64,000 nucleotides of DNA from Octopus sinensis (GCF_006345805.1 NC_043011.1:64430464-64494463); one strand, 5' to 3'; positions 35,647 through 50,636 are shown, counted from the stretch's first letter. Numbers and translations are program-made. Notes: generated by a model from the sequence alone, not told the origin.

Positions 35647-37810
35647 TACTAGCTTAAGTCGACTCGACACTACGCGTGGTAAATGTGTGGTTTGCTACTT
35701 TTTGTTGCTTCCATTCTGTTATTTATCACCACATTCTCCCTCTTTTTTCTCTCTCTTACTTTCCCACTCTCTTCATCTTACTTTCTCTCGGATTCTCCCT
35801 CGCTTTCTCTTACTCTCTATCTTTCTCTATCGATCTCTCTCCCATTTATAAACAACAAAAGATCTTGAGTAAGTTGAGAAACAAAATATTTTGAAAGATC
35901 AATCATAAAAATCAGTCAGTGACAACGGAAACATCAGCTTCAGGGCAGACAGCTAAACACTAACATTTAAAAGGGACAGACGAACTTGTGAGCTGAATAA
36001 TAATTAAAAATTATCGCAAACCAAAGTTTGAAGGGATAGAATCTGAGGATAGTAGAGTCACTCTGGCTGGCATTTCTTAACGACGGACAGCAACGTAGTA
36101 GCAGGTTAACGACTGGTGTAAAATTTTGTATATACACTTTGTATATATACATTATATATACATATTTATATATAGAACACACACACATCCACATATATAA
36201 ATAAACCCAATAAATATCTTATTCATAATATTTGTTCTCATGATTGTGTGGTGGTCGTAGCAATGGTAATTCTCTCTATGAATGCAGACATACGTAGAGA
36301 GAGATTGTGTGAAAGCGCTGTCAAAGGCGGGGAGGGGGTTAGATATAGGACTCTATGTAACGACGTTATAAATAATAGGGGTGGATATTATCAGTTTTTC
36401 TTAGTAAATTTAAAAAGAACGAAGAGCTCATTTACATGTAATTTATAAAATATGAATACTTACTTTTTGTAATGGACAGTTAAAGCATTGATAAAATGTG
36501 CTTTAAGTATAGCTTAGAAAAATGGAAGACAGCAAATGAGGGATTATGTTAAGGATTTTAATATTTTCAGTAAAGCAAAATGTTAAAAAATAAATTTTAA
36601 GAACGGAAAGTTATCACCAGAAGGCAAACGAATAGCCCGTATTAGAAATAATTTTATTTTGGGTAAAAAGTTTATTTAGTACTCAGAAAATTACCCGAGC
36701 ATGTGCCTCGCTCTTTTGCAATTTCCTCACTCTAGCTCGGTGTTTTCATAAGTTGGAGCTCTTACGCATAGCTATATTGAAAAGCAAATCTGAAAAATGA
36801 AATATTTGGAAACCTACAGTTGATTTGGTTTAGAATCAGAAAACGAATAAAATAGTTAAGATGTAAATATTTCAAAACTGGAAAAGTTTTCAAATTTACA
36901 GAAAAAACTTTTGTTAACGACGGTCGGCTTCAGCTTACAAATAAATTCTTTTTATCCACGCAAAAATAAATAATATCTGTTACCTTTCAGAAAGACCCGT
37001 GTTAGGAATATTTAAAATTTTGCGGCTGTCATTAAGAGACGCGTTGAGAAGAAAGAGAGAATGCGGAGGTGCAAACGTCTATATATAGAGGAGAAATGGA
37101 GAGAAGGGGGAAAAGAGAAAGATCGAGGAAGAAAAAGTGATATATGAAAGAGAGGACTGAAAAATGTAATATTTTGAAACCTAAAGATGATTTGTTTAAG
37201 AGAAAGATTCTCATGATTGTGTGGTTGTTGTGGCGATGATAATTCTCTTTATGAATGCAGACAGACGTAGAGAGAGAGAGAGAGTGACAGCGCCGGCGAA
37301 GGAAAGATAGTAGACGCTATCAAATGACGTAATAGAGAGAAATTGAAAGGAAGGGAGGAGAGAGAGTGACAGCGCTGGCGAAGGAAAGATAGTAGATGCT
37401 ATCAAATGACGTTATACATAGACAGTGAACGGAAGGGAGGAGAGAGAGAGATGGAGGAAGAAAGGCAGACAATAGAATGCGATGGCGGCGACGGAAAGAT
37501 AATAGACGAAGTTAAACGACGTTATAGATAGAGTGTGATGGGAAGGGGGAAAGAGAGTGAGTGATGGAAGAAGACAGATACATAAAAGAATGGGAGTAGA
37601 CATGTCAAAGTGCGTTTTTGACCCTAGCAACGGCACTTTTTAAGATGGGGATTTCTAACCTACCCCACCCGCATCCTCACCTCATCTTACATGTCCCAGT
37701 AAAGTTTTGAGTGAATCCTACGGGATCTAGTGGCCTTTAACCCGTTCTCAATGCGAAAACCAGACAAAGTAACAATTTTTTCGCATTTCAGAATTATAAT
37801 ATATATATAT
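35647..37810 (+). mobile_element. Possible non-autonomous Helentron/DINE-like element with internal ~82 bp tandem repeats
   Basis: Starts TACTAG followed by a short GC-rich imperfect palindrome, and ends CAGACAAA...TTTCGCATTT...TATAATATATA. Repeats at 37282-37545. A similar ACTAG start occurs at 38366. Confidence 0.35.
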
Positions 37811-38209
37811 ATAAATAAAAGTATGTTTTTTTAAAGTATTTTTAATGCTCTATTTTATTTTTTACCTGTTGAGCGACTCTATTTCTATGGAAGTGATTTA
37901 TCTAATACACTAATCATTTCTTAAACATATTAGCGAAATACGTGTCCTTTGTGTATATATTCTATATATTATATTGTTTTTGTAAATTACTTAATCTTTA
38001 CATTTTATTGTTATTTGAATTTTAAATTATTCTATTATACGTGATTTTCTTAATGGTGTAATTTAATTATTCATTTTGAATTGATAAAAGGTGGTTGTTT
38101 TTCTAATATTTTATACATTTTTTATTTTGTGTGGAATTTCATTTAGTATTTCTAAATTGAATTCTTTTCCCTTGTAATTCTGGATCTTATTCCCTCAAAT
38201 ACTAATAAG

Positions 38210-38242
<33 letters not shown>

Positions 38243-38310
38243 TATATATAATATATTATATATATATAAATTAAAAATAAAATATTAGGGAATAAATCCA
38301 AACTTACAGG

Positions 38311-38366
<56 letters not shown>

Positions 38367-38917
38367 CTAGCAGCTAAGCGTGGATTCACCCGGTCTGTTT
38401 GGATGATGTAGCTATGATCGTTTTCGGTTAAGCATAATCTATCACATCCTTCGTTAAACTAATCCTTTTGGTGCCTGTTTTGATTGGACCCTCCGAGTGT
38501 ATGAAAATTACCTGACTCTCCCCATCTTATCAAAAATCTTCTTCAGGAGTTGTTAAGTACGAATTTGTACGTGGTCTGTTTCTGATAACCATTCTTTTGG
38601 ACCTCTGAATAATCATCAATTGTGATCATAGAAAGAAATTATACTTTAATCCCCATTTTTGTAAGCAGTTGTATCCGGAAAAAAAAGATTTGCAGAGAGC
38701 AGAGATTGAAGGAAGATATATGAATTGGACGTGTGTGTGTGTGTGTGTATATGTGAGCGTTCGTGCTTGCACAAGTGTATGTGAGAGAGAAAGAGGGTGA
38801 GAAAGAGAGATAGAGTGAGTTAGTAAAGGTGTCGTGATGATTGCCGTCATTTAAGGTACACTAATAATAATAATAATAATATAATAATAATAATAATAAT
38901 AATAAAAAATAATAATA

Positions 38918-39309
38918 AGATCATGAAGAAAAAAAATGCTTTCTAATTGATGTATCAATACCGGCAGATGACAACGTGTCTCTAAAAGAAATGGAGAAAC
39001 TCTCAAAATACGAAGACCTGGAAATAGAGGTAACTAGAATGTGGAACCTGAAAACAGAAACAATTCCTATCATAGTAGGTGCATTAGGCATGATAAAAAA
39101 ATATTCAGACAAATACATAACAAAAACACCAAGACTTACAAACACATATAACATACAGAAAATTGCACTACTAGGCACTGCACACATCCTACGTAGAACA
39201 CTGTCCATACAATAACCATCAGAGCATCACAACAAATCACAACACATACCCAAGGCACACAGTGCTGCGCTCGGTAGTGAAGTGAAAGCACGCTATAAAA
39301 ATAAAACTA

Positions 39310-39312
<3 letters not shown>
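38918..39312 (+). mobile_element. 3' fragment of an R4/Dong-type LINE (subfamily D)
   Basis: CFLIDVSIPADDNVSLKEMEKLSKY...GTAHILRRTLSIQ* plus the D-type 3' UTR; (AAT)n on both sides. Confidence 0.94.
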
Positions 39313-39366
<54 letters not shown>

Positions 39367-39370
<4 letters not shown>

Positions 39371-39774
39371 GAAATCAGCAAAATGTGGAAGCTGAAGACT
39401 AAAACAATACCTGTTGTCATAGGTGCCCTGGGAATGATAGCAAAAGGGGCTAATAGCTACCTAACTCAGATACCAGGAAACCCCAAAATGGCAGAAATTC
39501 AAAAGATGGTGCTCATGGAAACTGCTTATATCCTACGCAAAATACGCAAAATACTTTCTATGTAATCTCAAGGTTTAAAAAAAACATAATTTTCGGTTTT
39601 AAAAAAAAAAAAAATTTTTTTTAGACATTCATTAGTACAACACCCCCCCCCCAAAAAAAAAAGATATGGCACACTAGGCATACCAACAACATGAACTTCC
39701 AACCTGTTGTCTCTTCAGGTCTCTGGGTGAGACTTGGACCAACATGTACAAATATAAAGCAAAACTCAAACATA

Positions 39775-39776
<2 letters not shown>
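39367..39776 (+). mobile_element. 3' fragment of an R4/Dong-type LINE (subfamily A)
   Basis: EISKMWKLKTKTIPVVIGALG...KILSM* plus the A-type 3' UTR; (AAT)n on both sides. Confidence 0.94.
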
Positions 39777-39809
<33 letters not shown>

Positions 39810-40003
39810 TAATAATAATAATAACGATATAATAATAATATAATAATAATAATAATAATAATAATATAATTATAAATAATAATAATATTAATAATAATAA
39901 TAATAATAAATAATAATAATAATAATAATAATATATTAATAATAATAATAATAATAATAAATAATAATAAAAATATAATACTATTAATAAAATAATAATA
40001 ATA

Positions 40004-40056
<53 letters not shown>

Positions 40057-40163
40057 TAATAATAATAATATATTAATAATAATATAATAATATAATAATA
40101 TATAATAATAATAATATTAATAATACATAATAATAATAATAATAATAATAATATTAATAATAA

Positions 40164-40243
<80 letters not shown>

Positions 40244-40250
40244 TAATAAT

Positions 40251-40283
<33 letters not shown>

Positions 40284-40347
40284 CAATAATAATAATATAA
40301 TATTAATAATAATAATAATAATAATAATTAATAATAATAATAAAATA

Positions 40348-40382
<35 letters not shown>

Positions 40383-40484
40383 TAATAATAATAAATGTCT
40401 ATTACTACTATCGATTCAAACTGTTTGAACGATTGGACCCCACCGCACAAAAAAATTAAATTAAAAAAAATTACATGAGCCACA

Positions 40485-40848
40485 CATACTACTACTACTG
40501 CTGCTGCTGTGGCTACTACCGCTACTACTACTGCTGCTACTGCTGCTACTGCTGCTACTACTACTGCTGTTGCTGCTACTACTACTGCTGCAGTTACTGC
40601 TGCTGCTACCGCTGCTGCTTCTACAAGTACGGCCACTACTACTGCTGCAATTGCTGCTACTGATGATGCTGCTACCAATGCTGCTGCTGCTACTACTACT
40701 ACTACTGGTACTACCACATTTGCTGATACTACCACTGCTGCTGCTGATGCTGTTGCTGCTGCCACTACTATTGCTACACCCACTGCCTTTTTAACTGCTG
40801 ACAATAATATTCCTGCTGCTAACAACTACTGGGGCTGCTGCTGCTGCT
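40485..40848. repeat. Compound (CTA)/(CTG) trinucleotide repeat
   Basis: Direct reading of the sequence; generates spurious Thr/Ala and Val/Ala ORFs. Confidence 0.9.
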
Positions 40849-40999
40849 AAAGATGATAAATGAGACCCCTATATGAAAATTAGTGGTTAAATCTTTTCTT
40901 TAAATTTTTTTATTATTGTTATTGTTATTGTTGTTATTATTATCATGTTTTTTTCATTTTTTTAAATTTTTTAAAAATGAAAACTTAATAATAATTTAA

Positions 41000-43900
41000 C
41001 TTTACTTAAAAAGAAAATTTTTTAAATTACACCGCTTCGCTTGTCCAATGGTTATAAAGGAAGCTCGCCCGTCAGGAGGTTGCCAGCCTGATGGCGAAAA
41101 TTTTTCAAATGGCAGAATATCTTCCCCGAATACGAACCTGGAAGGTCACTTAAACGGGATTTGTCCCAAATTAAGCCCCCAAAGTTCACCACCACAACGA
41201 CCAGAAAATCAAAGAAGTAAAAGAACTAAATGGAACCAGGAAGAATATAAAGAAGTAATATATGCTTATTTCTTTGCATTAAGTAGGCCAATCTAAGAAA
41301 AACACACCGCAAAATCCTACAGAAATTGGAGGGGCCGGAATCCAGCTAGCAGACCAAACCTGGATGAAAACAGATTAGTAAATGTTAGAAGAGATATCTT
41401 CAGAAATACCAGATTCACAGATGCAGAATTAACCTCTATTAAAAAGGTGGTAGAGAATGACCTAAATGCAAGTCAGGAAAGATATAACGAAGCTGAGGAG
41501 AGGAACGTTGGGCCACAAGCATTGACTGAAAGGCAACCATCTGCCGAATCGACTCAAGATCCTGAAGAAGATGAAAATATGACCCTAGAAATACAGCCCG
41601 GAAAATTATGTCGAAACAGATTTTGAAAATCCCATGTTTGTTGAACAACACAGAAAATCTATCATTGAAATGAAGCAAGAAGTTCTGAATGAGCTTGCAG
41701 TTGTAGGGCATACAACTATGAATGATAGGGAACCACTCCAAAAACTCTCAAATGCACACCAACATAAAACACAAATAAAAATTGGCAAATGCGTTACACA
41801 GGAAATCATACAACAACTAAAACCCGATCTTAATAATTTAAATGAAATTATTTACTCTGTCGCTAAGGTAATCGAAAGACGCTATTTAACACCCAAAAAG
41901 CCAACAATGCCGAATTCGAAAAGAAAATCAAACTGGAGGAGTAGAATTGAAACTGAAATTGAATCATTGCGAAGGGAGATATCTATTTTAACTGAGCTAA
42001 TCTCTGGAAATGATGTAAGATCAAGAAAAGGCAGGAAGATTGGGAGAAAATATGGACATTCAACAAGAGAAGAACTGTCAGCGAAAGAAACACTTAAACA
42101 AAAAGTTCTGGCAAAAGCTCAGAGAATACGCAGATTTGAGAAAATAATCAAATTCTACAAACAAAATAAGATGTTCAAATCCAATGCCAAATCATTTTAT
42201 AGGGAAATAGGGAAAGAAAAAATAACCATTGAAAATCCACCCCTAATGGAAGAAGTTGAAAACTTTTGGAAGGGGATCTGGAATGATGAGAAACCATACA
42301 ATGAAAATGCAGAGAGGATCAAACGCACCCAAGATGATTACAAAAATCTACAAGTACAGGTATGGTAAGACATCTCAATCGCCGGCCTAATGAGGGCACT
42401 AAACCCCTGGTATTGATAGAGTACCAAATGTCTGACTCACATCACTCTCGTCCACACAGAAAATGTTAGTAATATTATTTAATAGTATTATGAAAGACCC
42501 GGAAAAAACTCCCCATTTGATGGCAAATGGTATTATGCACCTCCTCCCCAAAAATAACAAAACGAAAGACCCAAAAATCTATCGGCATCTAACATGTTTA
42601 TCTACTACCTATAAGATCTTGACATCTATTCTAGTAGAGAAAACATATACGTTTATGGAAGAGAATAACCTCTTTCCCACTGAACAAAAAGGATGCAGAC
42701 GAGGCTCATATGGATGCAAAGATCAGCGCCTAATTAATCGCATGATCCTTGAGAACTGCCATAACAAGCGCAGAAATCTCAGCTCTTCATGGATTGATTA
42801 TAAAAAAGCCTTTGACAGCATACCACATTCGTAGATTCTGAAATCGCCGGATATTTTCAAAATTTCTCCTCTGATTTCAGATTTTTTAAAGTATATTATG
42901 TCACTATGGAACACGAAGCTCCAATTAAATCATTCTAATGGAGTATTGCACTCAAACAACATTAGCATAAACTGTGGAATTTTCCAAGGTGACTCACTTT
43001 CACCTCTAATATTCTGCGTAGCACTTATACCATTCTCAAGTGAACTGAATGGAACAGGATATGGCTACAAAATTGACAACAGGAAAATAAGCCATCTATT
43101 TTATATGGATGACTTAAAGCTATATGGCAAAGATGATGAAGAGCTTGAAGGATTATTACATACTGTGAAATGATTCAGTGATGATATCGGGATGGAGTTT
43201 GGCCTTGAAAAGTGTGCCAAAGCCACTTTTAAGAAAGGGAAATTGGTAAAGTCTAGTTCAATTGAATTAGATGTCGAAATAGTAATAAAGGAACTTGAGC
43301 AGGAACAAACCTATAAATACCTAGGAATAAATGAAGGCTCTGGTATCCAGCATGCAAGCATGAAAGAGAAGCTTAGGAAGGAATGTTATAGAAGAGTCCG
43401 AGCAGTCCTGAAGTCTGAGCTGAATGTATATAATAATGTTTTAGGCATAAATTCCTTAGCAGTACCAGTTGTCCATTATAGCTTCAATGTGCTTAACTTG
43501 TGAAATAATGAGAATTGACAGGAAAATCCGCAAGCTACTGACTTGTAATAAGATGCACCATCCAAAGGCAGACGTGGATCGCCTTTACCTTCCCAGAGCT
43601 CAGGGAGGTCGAGGTTTGATCCAGCTTGAACTTACATACAAAACCACCACAATCGGACTGGCCAAATACCTTAAAGCAAACAACGATTGGATTCTAAAAC
43701 GTCTTGAAAAACATGAAAAACCTAAAAAACTTCACTCTATTCTCAAAGATAGGAAAAAATTCGCTGCTGATCTCTTAGACACCCACCAGATAGAGTCTTA
43801 GCACCTGCAGAATATAAAGCAACACGTGACAGAGTCGGCCAGTATTTACACTGGACAATATGTCGGCATTATAAAATCAAAACCGCTGACGAATGGTATA

Positions 43901-44470
43901 AACATCATCCTGAAGCTGTGACTGAGAGAGAAAATGTGTTGATTCAATGGGACTTCCCCGTGCAAACCGACAGGACTATAAAAGCCAATAAACCGGATAT
44001 TATTATAAAAGATCAGACAAAAAGGATTTGTTTATTAATTGACATGAGCATTCCCCATGATCACAATATAGCGGCCAAAGAATTTGACAAGATTAGTAAG
44101 TATAAAGACCTGCTAATGGAAATAGAAAAAACGTGGCATATCAAGGCGACTACAGTACCAGTGATTGTAAGATCTCTAGGAATGAGAAAAAAGGCACTGA
44201 AACCTATTTGAAAATGATTCCAGGCTTACCATCCCTACAGGAAATGCAAAATATTGTATTAACTGGAACGGCTCATGTACTGAGAAGAGCACTATCGTCG
44301 TGAAAATAACATCCATCGAATAATTTATTTATTGATTCATTTTTAAATACATATGTTGTCTGTGAATTTGCGCGTGTAATCTGGGAATGCATACAATGCC
44401 CTACTCTGCCCTAGGTATATGGAAAACACTCGCGAGAAACGGAAGAAAATTTGATGAAAGAAGGAAAAAA
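41000..44470 (+). mobile_element. Near-full-length, inactivated R4/Dong-type LINE (subfamily B-like)
   Basis: N-terminal KRTKWNQEEYKEVIYAY; RT EQKGCRRG, WIDYKKAFDS, GIFQGDSLSP, FYMDDLKL and YKYLG; RLE KPDIII...LLID. Stop at 44301-44303; CCHC region deleted at ~43795. The 5' boundary is uncertain. Confidence 0.93.
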
Positions 44471-44511
44471 CATAATAATAATAATGACATTAATAATAAC
44501 AATAAGAATAA

Positions 44512-44571
<60 letters not shown>

Positions 44572-44794
44572 CAACAACAACAAAAGCAGCAGCAGCAACA
44601 AAAACAAAAACAAAAAAACAATAATAATAATAATAATAATAATAATATAAATAAAATTAAAAATAATGATAATATTAATAATAATAATAATATTAAAATA
44701 ATAAGAATAATAACAATAATAATATTAAAATAATAATAATAATAATATAATAATAATAATAGAATGAGAATAATATTAATATAATATAATAATG

Positions 44795-44836
<42 letters not shown>

Positions 44837-45003
44837 TAATAATAATAATAATACTAAATAATATTAATAATAATAATAATAATAATATAATAATAATATT
44901 AAAAAATAATAATAATAATAATATATTATTATTATATATTATATAATATTAATAATAATAATAAGATAATATTAATAACAACAATAGTAATAATATTAAT
45001 AAT

Positions 45004-45062
<59 letters not shown>

Positions 45063-45181
45063 TAACAATAATAACAATAATATAATAATAATAAAATAAT
45101 AATAATAATATTAAAAATAATAATAATAATAAATTAATAATAATATAACATAATAATATTAAAAATAATAATAATAATATT

Positions 45182-45212
<31 letters not shown>

Positions 45213-45487
45213 TAATAATAATCATATAAAAATAATAGTAATAATAATAATAATAATAAAAATAATATTAATATTATAATAATAATGATAATAATAATTA
45301 TAATATTAAATATAATAATAATAATATAATAATAATAATAATAATGATAATAATAATAATAATAATAATAATATTAAAATTAAAAATAATAATAACAATA
45401 ATAATATTAAAATAATAATAATAACTATTAATATAATAATAATAATGATAATAATAATAATAATGATAATAATAATATAATAATAAT

Positions 45488-45536
<49 letters not shown>

Positions 45537-45592
45537 TTAATTTAATAATAATAATGATAATAATAATAACAAATAATAAGTAATAATAATAT

Positions 45593-45629
<37 letters not shown>

Positions 45630-45752
45630 ATTAAAAATAATAATAATAATAATTATTATTATTATTATTATATTATTATTATTATATTATTTATTATAAT
45701 ATTAATAATAATAATAATGATAATATTAATAACAACAATAGTAATAATATAA

Positions 45753-45783
<31 letters not shown>

Positions 45784-46188
45784 TATAATAATAAAATAAC
45801 ATAACAATACAATAATAACAATACTAATAATAATAATAATAATAATATTAAAAATAATAATAATAATAATATTAATAATAATAATAATAATATAACAATA
45901 ATAATATTAAAAATAATAATAATAATAATATTAATATTAATAATAATAATGATAATAATAATTATAATATTAAAAATAATAATAATAATAATATTAATAA
46001 TAATAATAATAATGATAATAATAATAATAATAATAATATAAAAATAATAATAATAACAATAATAATATTAAAAATAATAATTATAACAATATTAATATTA
46101 ATAATAATAATGATAATAATAATAATAATGATAATAATAATAATAAAAATAATATTAATAATAAATAATAAATAATAATAATAATAAT

Positions 46189-46228
<40 letters not shown>

Positions 46229-46394
46229 TAAATTTAATTAATAATAATAATTATAATAATAACAATATCAATATTAATAATAAAAATAATATAATGAAAT
46301 AATAATAATAATAAAATATATTAAATAATAAAATAATAATAATAATAATAATAATAATATTAATAATAAAATACTATAATAATAATAATAAAAT

Positions 46395-46429
<35 letters not shown>

Positions 46430-46592
46430 TATCAATATTAATAATAATAATAATAATAATGATAATAATAATAATAATAATATTAATAATAATAATAATA
46501 ATATTAATAATAATAATAATAATAATAATTAATATTAATAATAATAATGATAATAATAATTATAATATTAAAAATAATAATAATAATAATAT

Positions 46593-46623
<31 letters not shown>

Positions 46624-46841
46624 AATAATAATAATATTAAAAATAATAATAATAATAACAATAATAATATTAAAAATAATAATAATAACAATATTAATAT
46701 TGATAATAATAATGATAATAATAATAATAATGATAATAATAATAATAATAATAATATTAATAATAATAATAATAATATAATAATAATAATAATAATATAA
46801 TAATAATATAATAATATAATAATAATATAATAATAATAATT

Positions 46842-46875
<34 letters not shown>

Positions 46876-46968
46876 TATCAATATTAATAATAATAATAAT
46901 AATGATAATAATAATAATAATAATAATAATATTATAACATAATAATAATAATAATAATAATAAATATT

Positions 46969-47000
<32 letters not shown>

Positions 47001-47198
47001 AATATTAATAATATAATAATAATAATAATAATAATAACAATATCAATATTATAATAATAATAATAATAATGATATAATATAATAATATTAATAATAATAA
47101 TAATAATAATAAATAATAATAATAATAAAATATAATTAATAATAATAATGATAATAATAATAATAATAAAATAATAATAATAATAGTAATAATAATAT

Positions 47199-47235
<37 letters not shown>

Positions 47236-47352
47236 ATTAAATAATAATAATAATAATTATTATTATTATTATTATATATATTATTATTATTATATAATAT
47301 AATAATAATGATAATATTAATAACAACAATAGTAATAATATTAATAATAAAA

Positions 47353-47389
<37 letters not shown>

Positions 47390-48119
47390 TAACAATAATA
47401 ATATAATACATATAATAATAATAATAATAAAATATTACAAATATAATAATAATAAATTTAACATAATAATAATAATACCATAATAATATATAAAATAATA
47501 ATAATAATAATATAATATAATATATAATGATAATAATAATAATAATAATAATATAATAGTAATATAATAATAATATAATAATAATATTAATATTAATAAT
47601 AATAATGATAATAATAATTATAATATTAAAAAATAATAATAATAATATATAATAATAATAATAATGATAATAATAATAATAATAATAAATATTAAAATAA
47701 TAATAATAATAACAATAATAATATAAAAATATATAATAATAACAATATTAATATTAATAATAATAATGATAATAATAATAATAATGATAATAATAATAAT
47801 AATAATATTAATAATAATAATAACAATATTAAAATAATAATATTAATAATAATAATAATAATAATAATAAAATTAATAAATAATAATATAATAATAATAA
47901 TATATATAATACAATATCATATTAATAATAATAATAATAATGATATAATAATAATAATAATAATATAATAATAATAATAATAATAAATAATAATAATAAT
48001 ATAATAATATAATATTAATAATAATATACTAATAATAATAATATAATAATATAATAATAATAATAATAATAATATAATAATAATAATAATTAATATTAAT
48101 AATAATAATGATAATAATA

Positions 48120-48172
<53 letters not shown>

Positions 48173-48185
48173 GTAATAATAATAT

Positions 48186-48222
<37 letters not shown>

Positions 48223-48250
48223 ATTAAAAATAATAATAACAATAATTATA
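44470..48250. repeat. ~3.8 kb degenerate (AAT)n tract with short strand-flipped (TTA)n patches
   Basis: Direct reading of the sequence; flips near 45655-45695 and 47255-47300. Confidence 0.95.
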
Positions 48251-49398
48251 TGGTTGAAATATCTAACAGGAATGCACAAAAAGCCGACTGAAAACAAACT
48301 GGCAGAGCCAGAGACAATGCCTGAATGAGTAACGAAGGGGAAAACCAACTTAATTCCCAAATCCAATGAGACAGCGAATCCAGAAGAATTAAAAAACCTA
48401 ACCTGTCTCCCTACAACGTACAAAGCATTCACTGCACTAATATCCCAAAGATTGAACAAGCACCTGGAAGATAAAAACCTGTCCCCAAAAGAGCAGAAAG
48501 TGTGCCGCAAACAATGATACAGCTCCAAACAAAAGAGGGACTCATGAAAACCAAAGCCATCCCCATTAGAAGAGGAATATTCCAGGGAGACACGCTCTCT
48601 CCACTCCTTTTCTGCTTGGCACTGTCACCTCTATCTGATATGCTAAATAGAACTGGATGCGGATATAAATGTTACGGCAAAACGATCAACCACCTTTTAT
48701 ATATGGATGACCTAAAACTATACGCTGCAAATGACAAACAGCTGGAAACTCTATTAAAGACAATTCATGGATTCACCAAAGAAATAGATATGAAATTTGG
48801 ATTAGAAAAATGCGCCAAAGTAACCCTGAAAAGAGGAAAACAAATTAAGTGTAGTAACATCACACTACATAAAGGCAATAACATAAGAGAATTAGACCAA
48901 AGCCAAACATACAAATATTATGGAATCCATGAACTAGATATAATACAACACACACAAATGGAAGAGAAAATAAAGAAAGAATACTAATAACGATTTAGAT
49001 CAATATTAACAACAGTGATCAATGCTAAAAACAAGATGACAGGTATTAACACTTTAGCCGTCCAAGTTATAAGTTAAAGCTACAATATCCTTAACAGGAC
49101 TTCAAATGAACTGACCAAAATAGATAGGAAAAAAGGAAAAATAACGACACGATCTGGGATGCATCACCCAAAATCTGACATAGAAATACTGTTTATAAAA
49201 TGTTTAGAAGGTGCTAGATGCCTTATACAGCTGGAAAACTATCATAAAATAAACACCATAGGACTGCAAAAATACCTACTTCAGAAGCAAGGAAAACTGA
49301 TACAAATAGCGGCAAAACACGAACAAAACATAAAATTGTTCTCAGTATTTAAGGAACCTAACAAGTACAAACAAGAAATCTTAACACTTAACAAATAT

Positions 49399-49429
<31 letters not shown>

Positions 49430-50432
49430 AAGAAAAAGAAGAAGAAGAGAAAGAAGAAGAAGAAGAAAAGAAGAAGAGATAGAAGAAGAAGAAGAAGAAG
49501 AAGAAGAAGAAGAAGAAGAAGAAGAAGAAGAAGAAGAAGAAGAAGACGGGAACACATAAGCTATAAAGCAAATGTAATAAAAACTAAAACTAGAACAGAG
49601 GCGGATCATGAGAAAACGATGTCAAGAAAAGACCCTTTATGGCAAGTACTGGACTAAAATAAATGCAAAAGAAATAGACAAAGAAAAATCACAGCAATGG
49701 TGGAGAAACGCAGGAGGCAAAGCAGAGACAGGGGGATATTTAGTTGCAGCACAAGACCAAAGCGTCCCCACAAGAAATTACCAAAAAATTGTAACCGCTG
49801 AATATGTGGAGATGGACAAGAAACAATATATAATTTTATCTCTGGCTGCCCAGTCCTTGCTAAGATTTCTGAACTACATACACTGAAACCTACGCCAACA
49901 TTATGGAATAACAACAGAAAAAAGATGGTATAGGCACACACTAGAAAAGGTCACAGAAAACGAGAAGGCAAACATAATATGGTATAGGAGATTACACAGA
50001 GAGAGAGAAATTTAGGGAAACAAGCCAGATATAGTTGTCAGAGATCATGAAGAAAAACAATGCTTTCTAATTGACGTTTCAATACCAGCAGATGAAAACA
50101 TGCCTCTAAAAGAAATGAAGAACTTTTCAGAATACTAAGTCATGAAAATATAGGTAACTAGAATGTGGAATCTAAAAACAGACACAATTCCTATCATAGT
50201 AGGTGCATTAGGCATGATAACAAATATACAGACAAATGCATAACAAAAACAACAGGACTTACAACCACATAAAACATACATATAATTACACTACTAGGCA
50301 CGGCAAACATCCTACGCAGAACACTTTCAATATAGTAACCATCAGACCATCACCAAAAATCACAGCACATACCCAAGGAACACAGAGCTGTGCTAAGTAG
50401 TGAAGTGAAAGAAGGTTATTAAAAAAAAATTA

Positions 50433-50435
<3 letters not shown>
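48251..50435 (+). mobile_element. Internally deleted R4/Dong-type LINE (subfamily D) with an internal (GAA)n expansion
   Basis: EQKVCRK is joined to QTMIQLQTKEG at ~48510. GIFQGDTLSP and YMDDLKL motifs; GAA tract at 49402-49546; D-type 3' UTR. Confidence 0.94.
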
Positions 50436-50484
<49 letters not shown>

Positions 50485-50486
50485 TA

Positions 50487-50521
<35 letters not shown>

Positions 50522-50571
50522 TTAATAATAATAATAATATTTATAATAACCATAATAATAATAACAATGAC

Positions 50572-50635
<64 letters not shown>

Positions 50636-50636
<1 letters not shown>

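Noticed and set aside
37282-37545. CRISPR-like array
   Set aside because: These are contiguous ~82 bp degenerate tandem units without unique spacers, in a eukaryotic context with no cas genes.
40328-40850. Thr/Ala-rich (antifreeze- or mucin-like) and Val/Ala-rich ORFs
   Set aside because: They come from a compound CTA/CTG repeat that is open in most frames, with no splice or start context.
41066-41099. Hairpin near the 5' end of the near-full-length RLE LINE as a ribozyme
   Set aside because: Neither HDV nor hammerhead topology could be completed, and it lies inside the predicted ORF.
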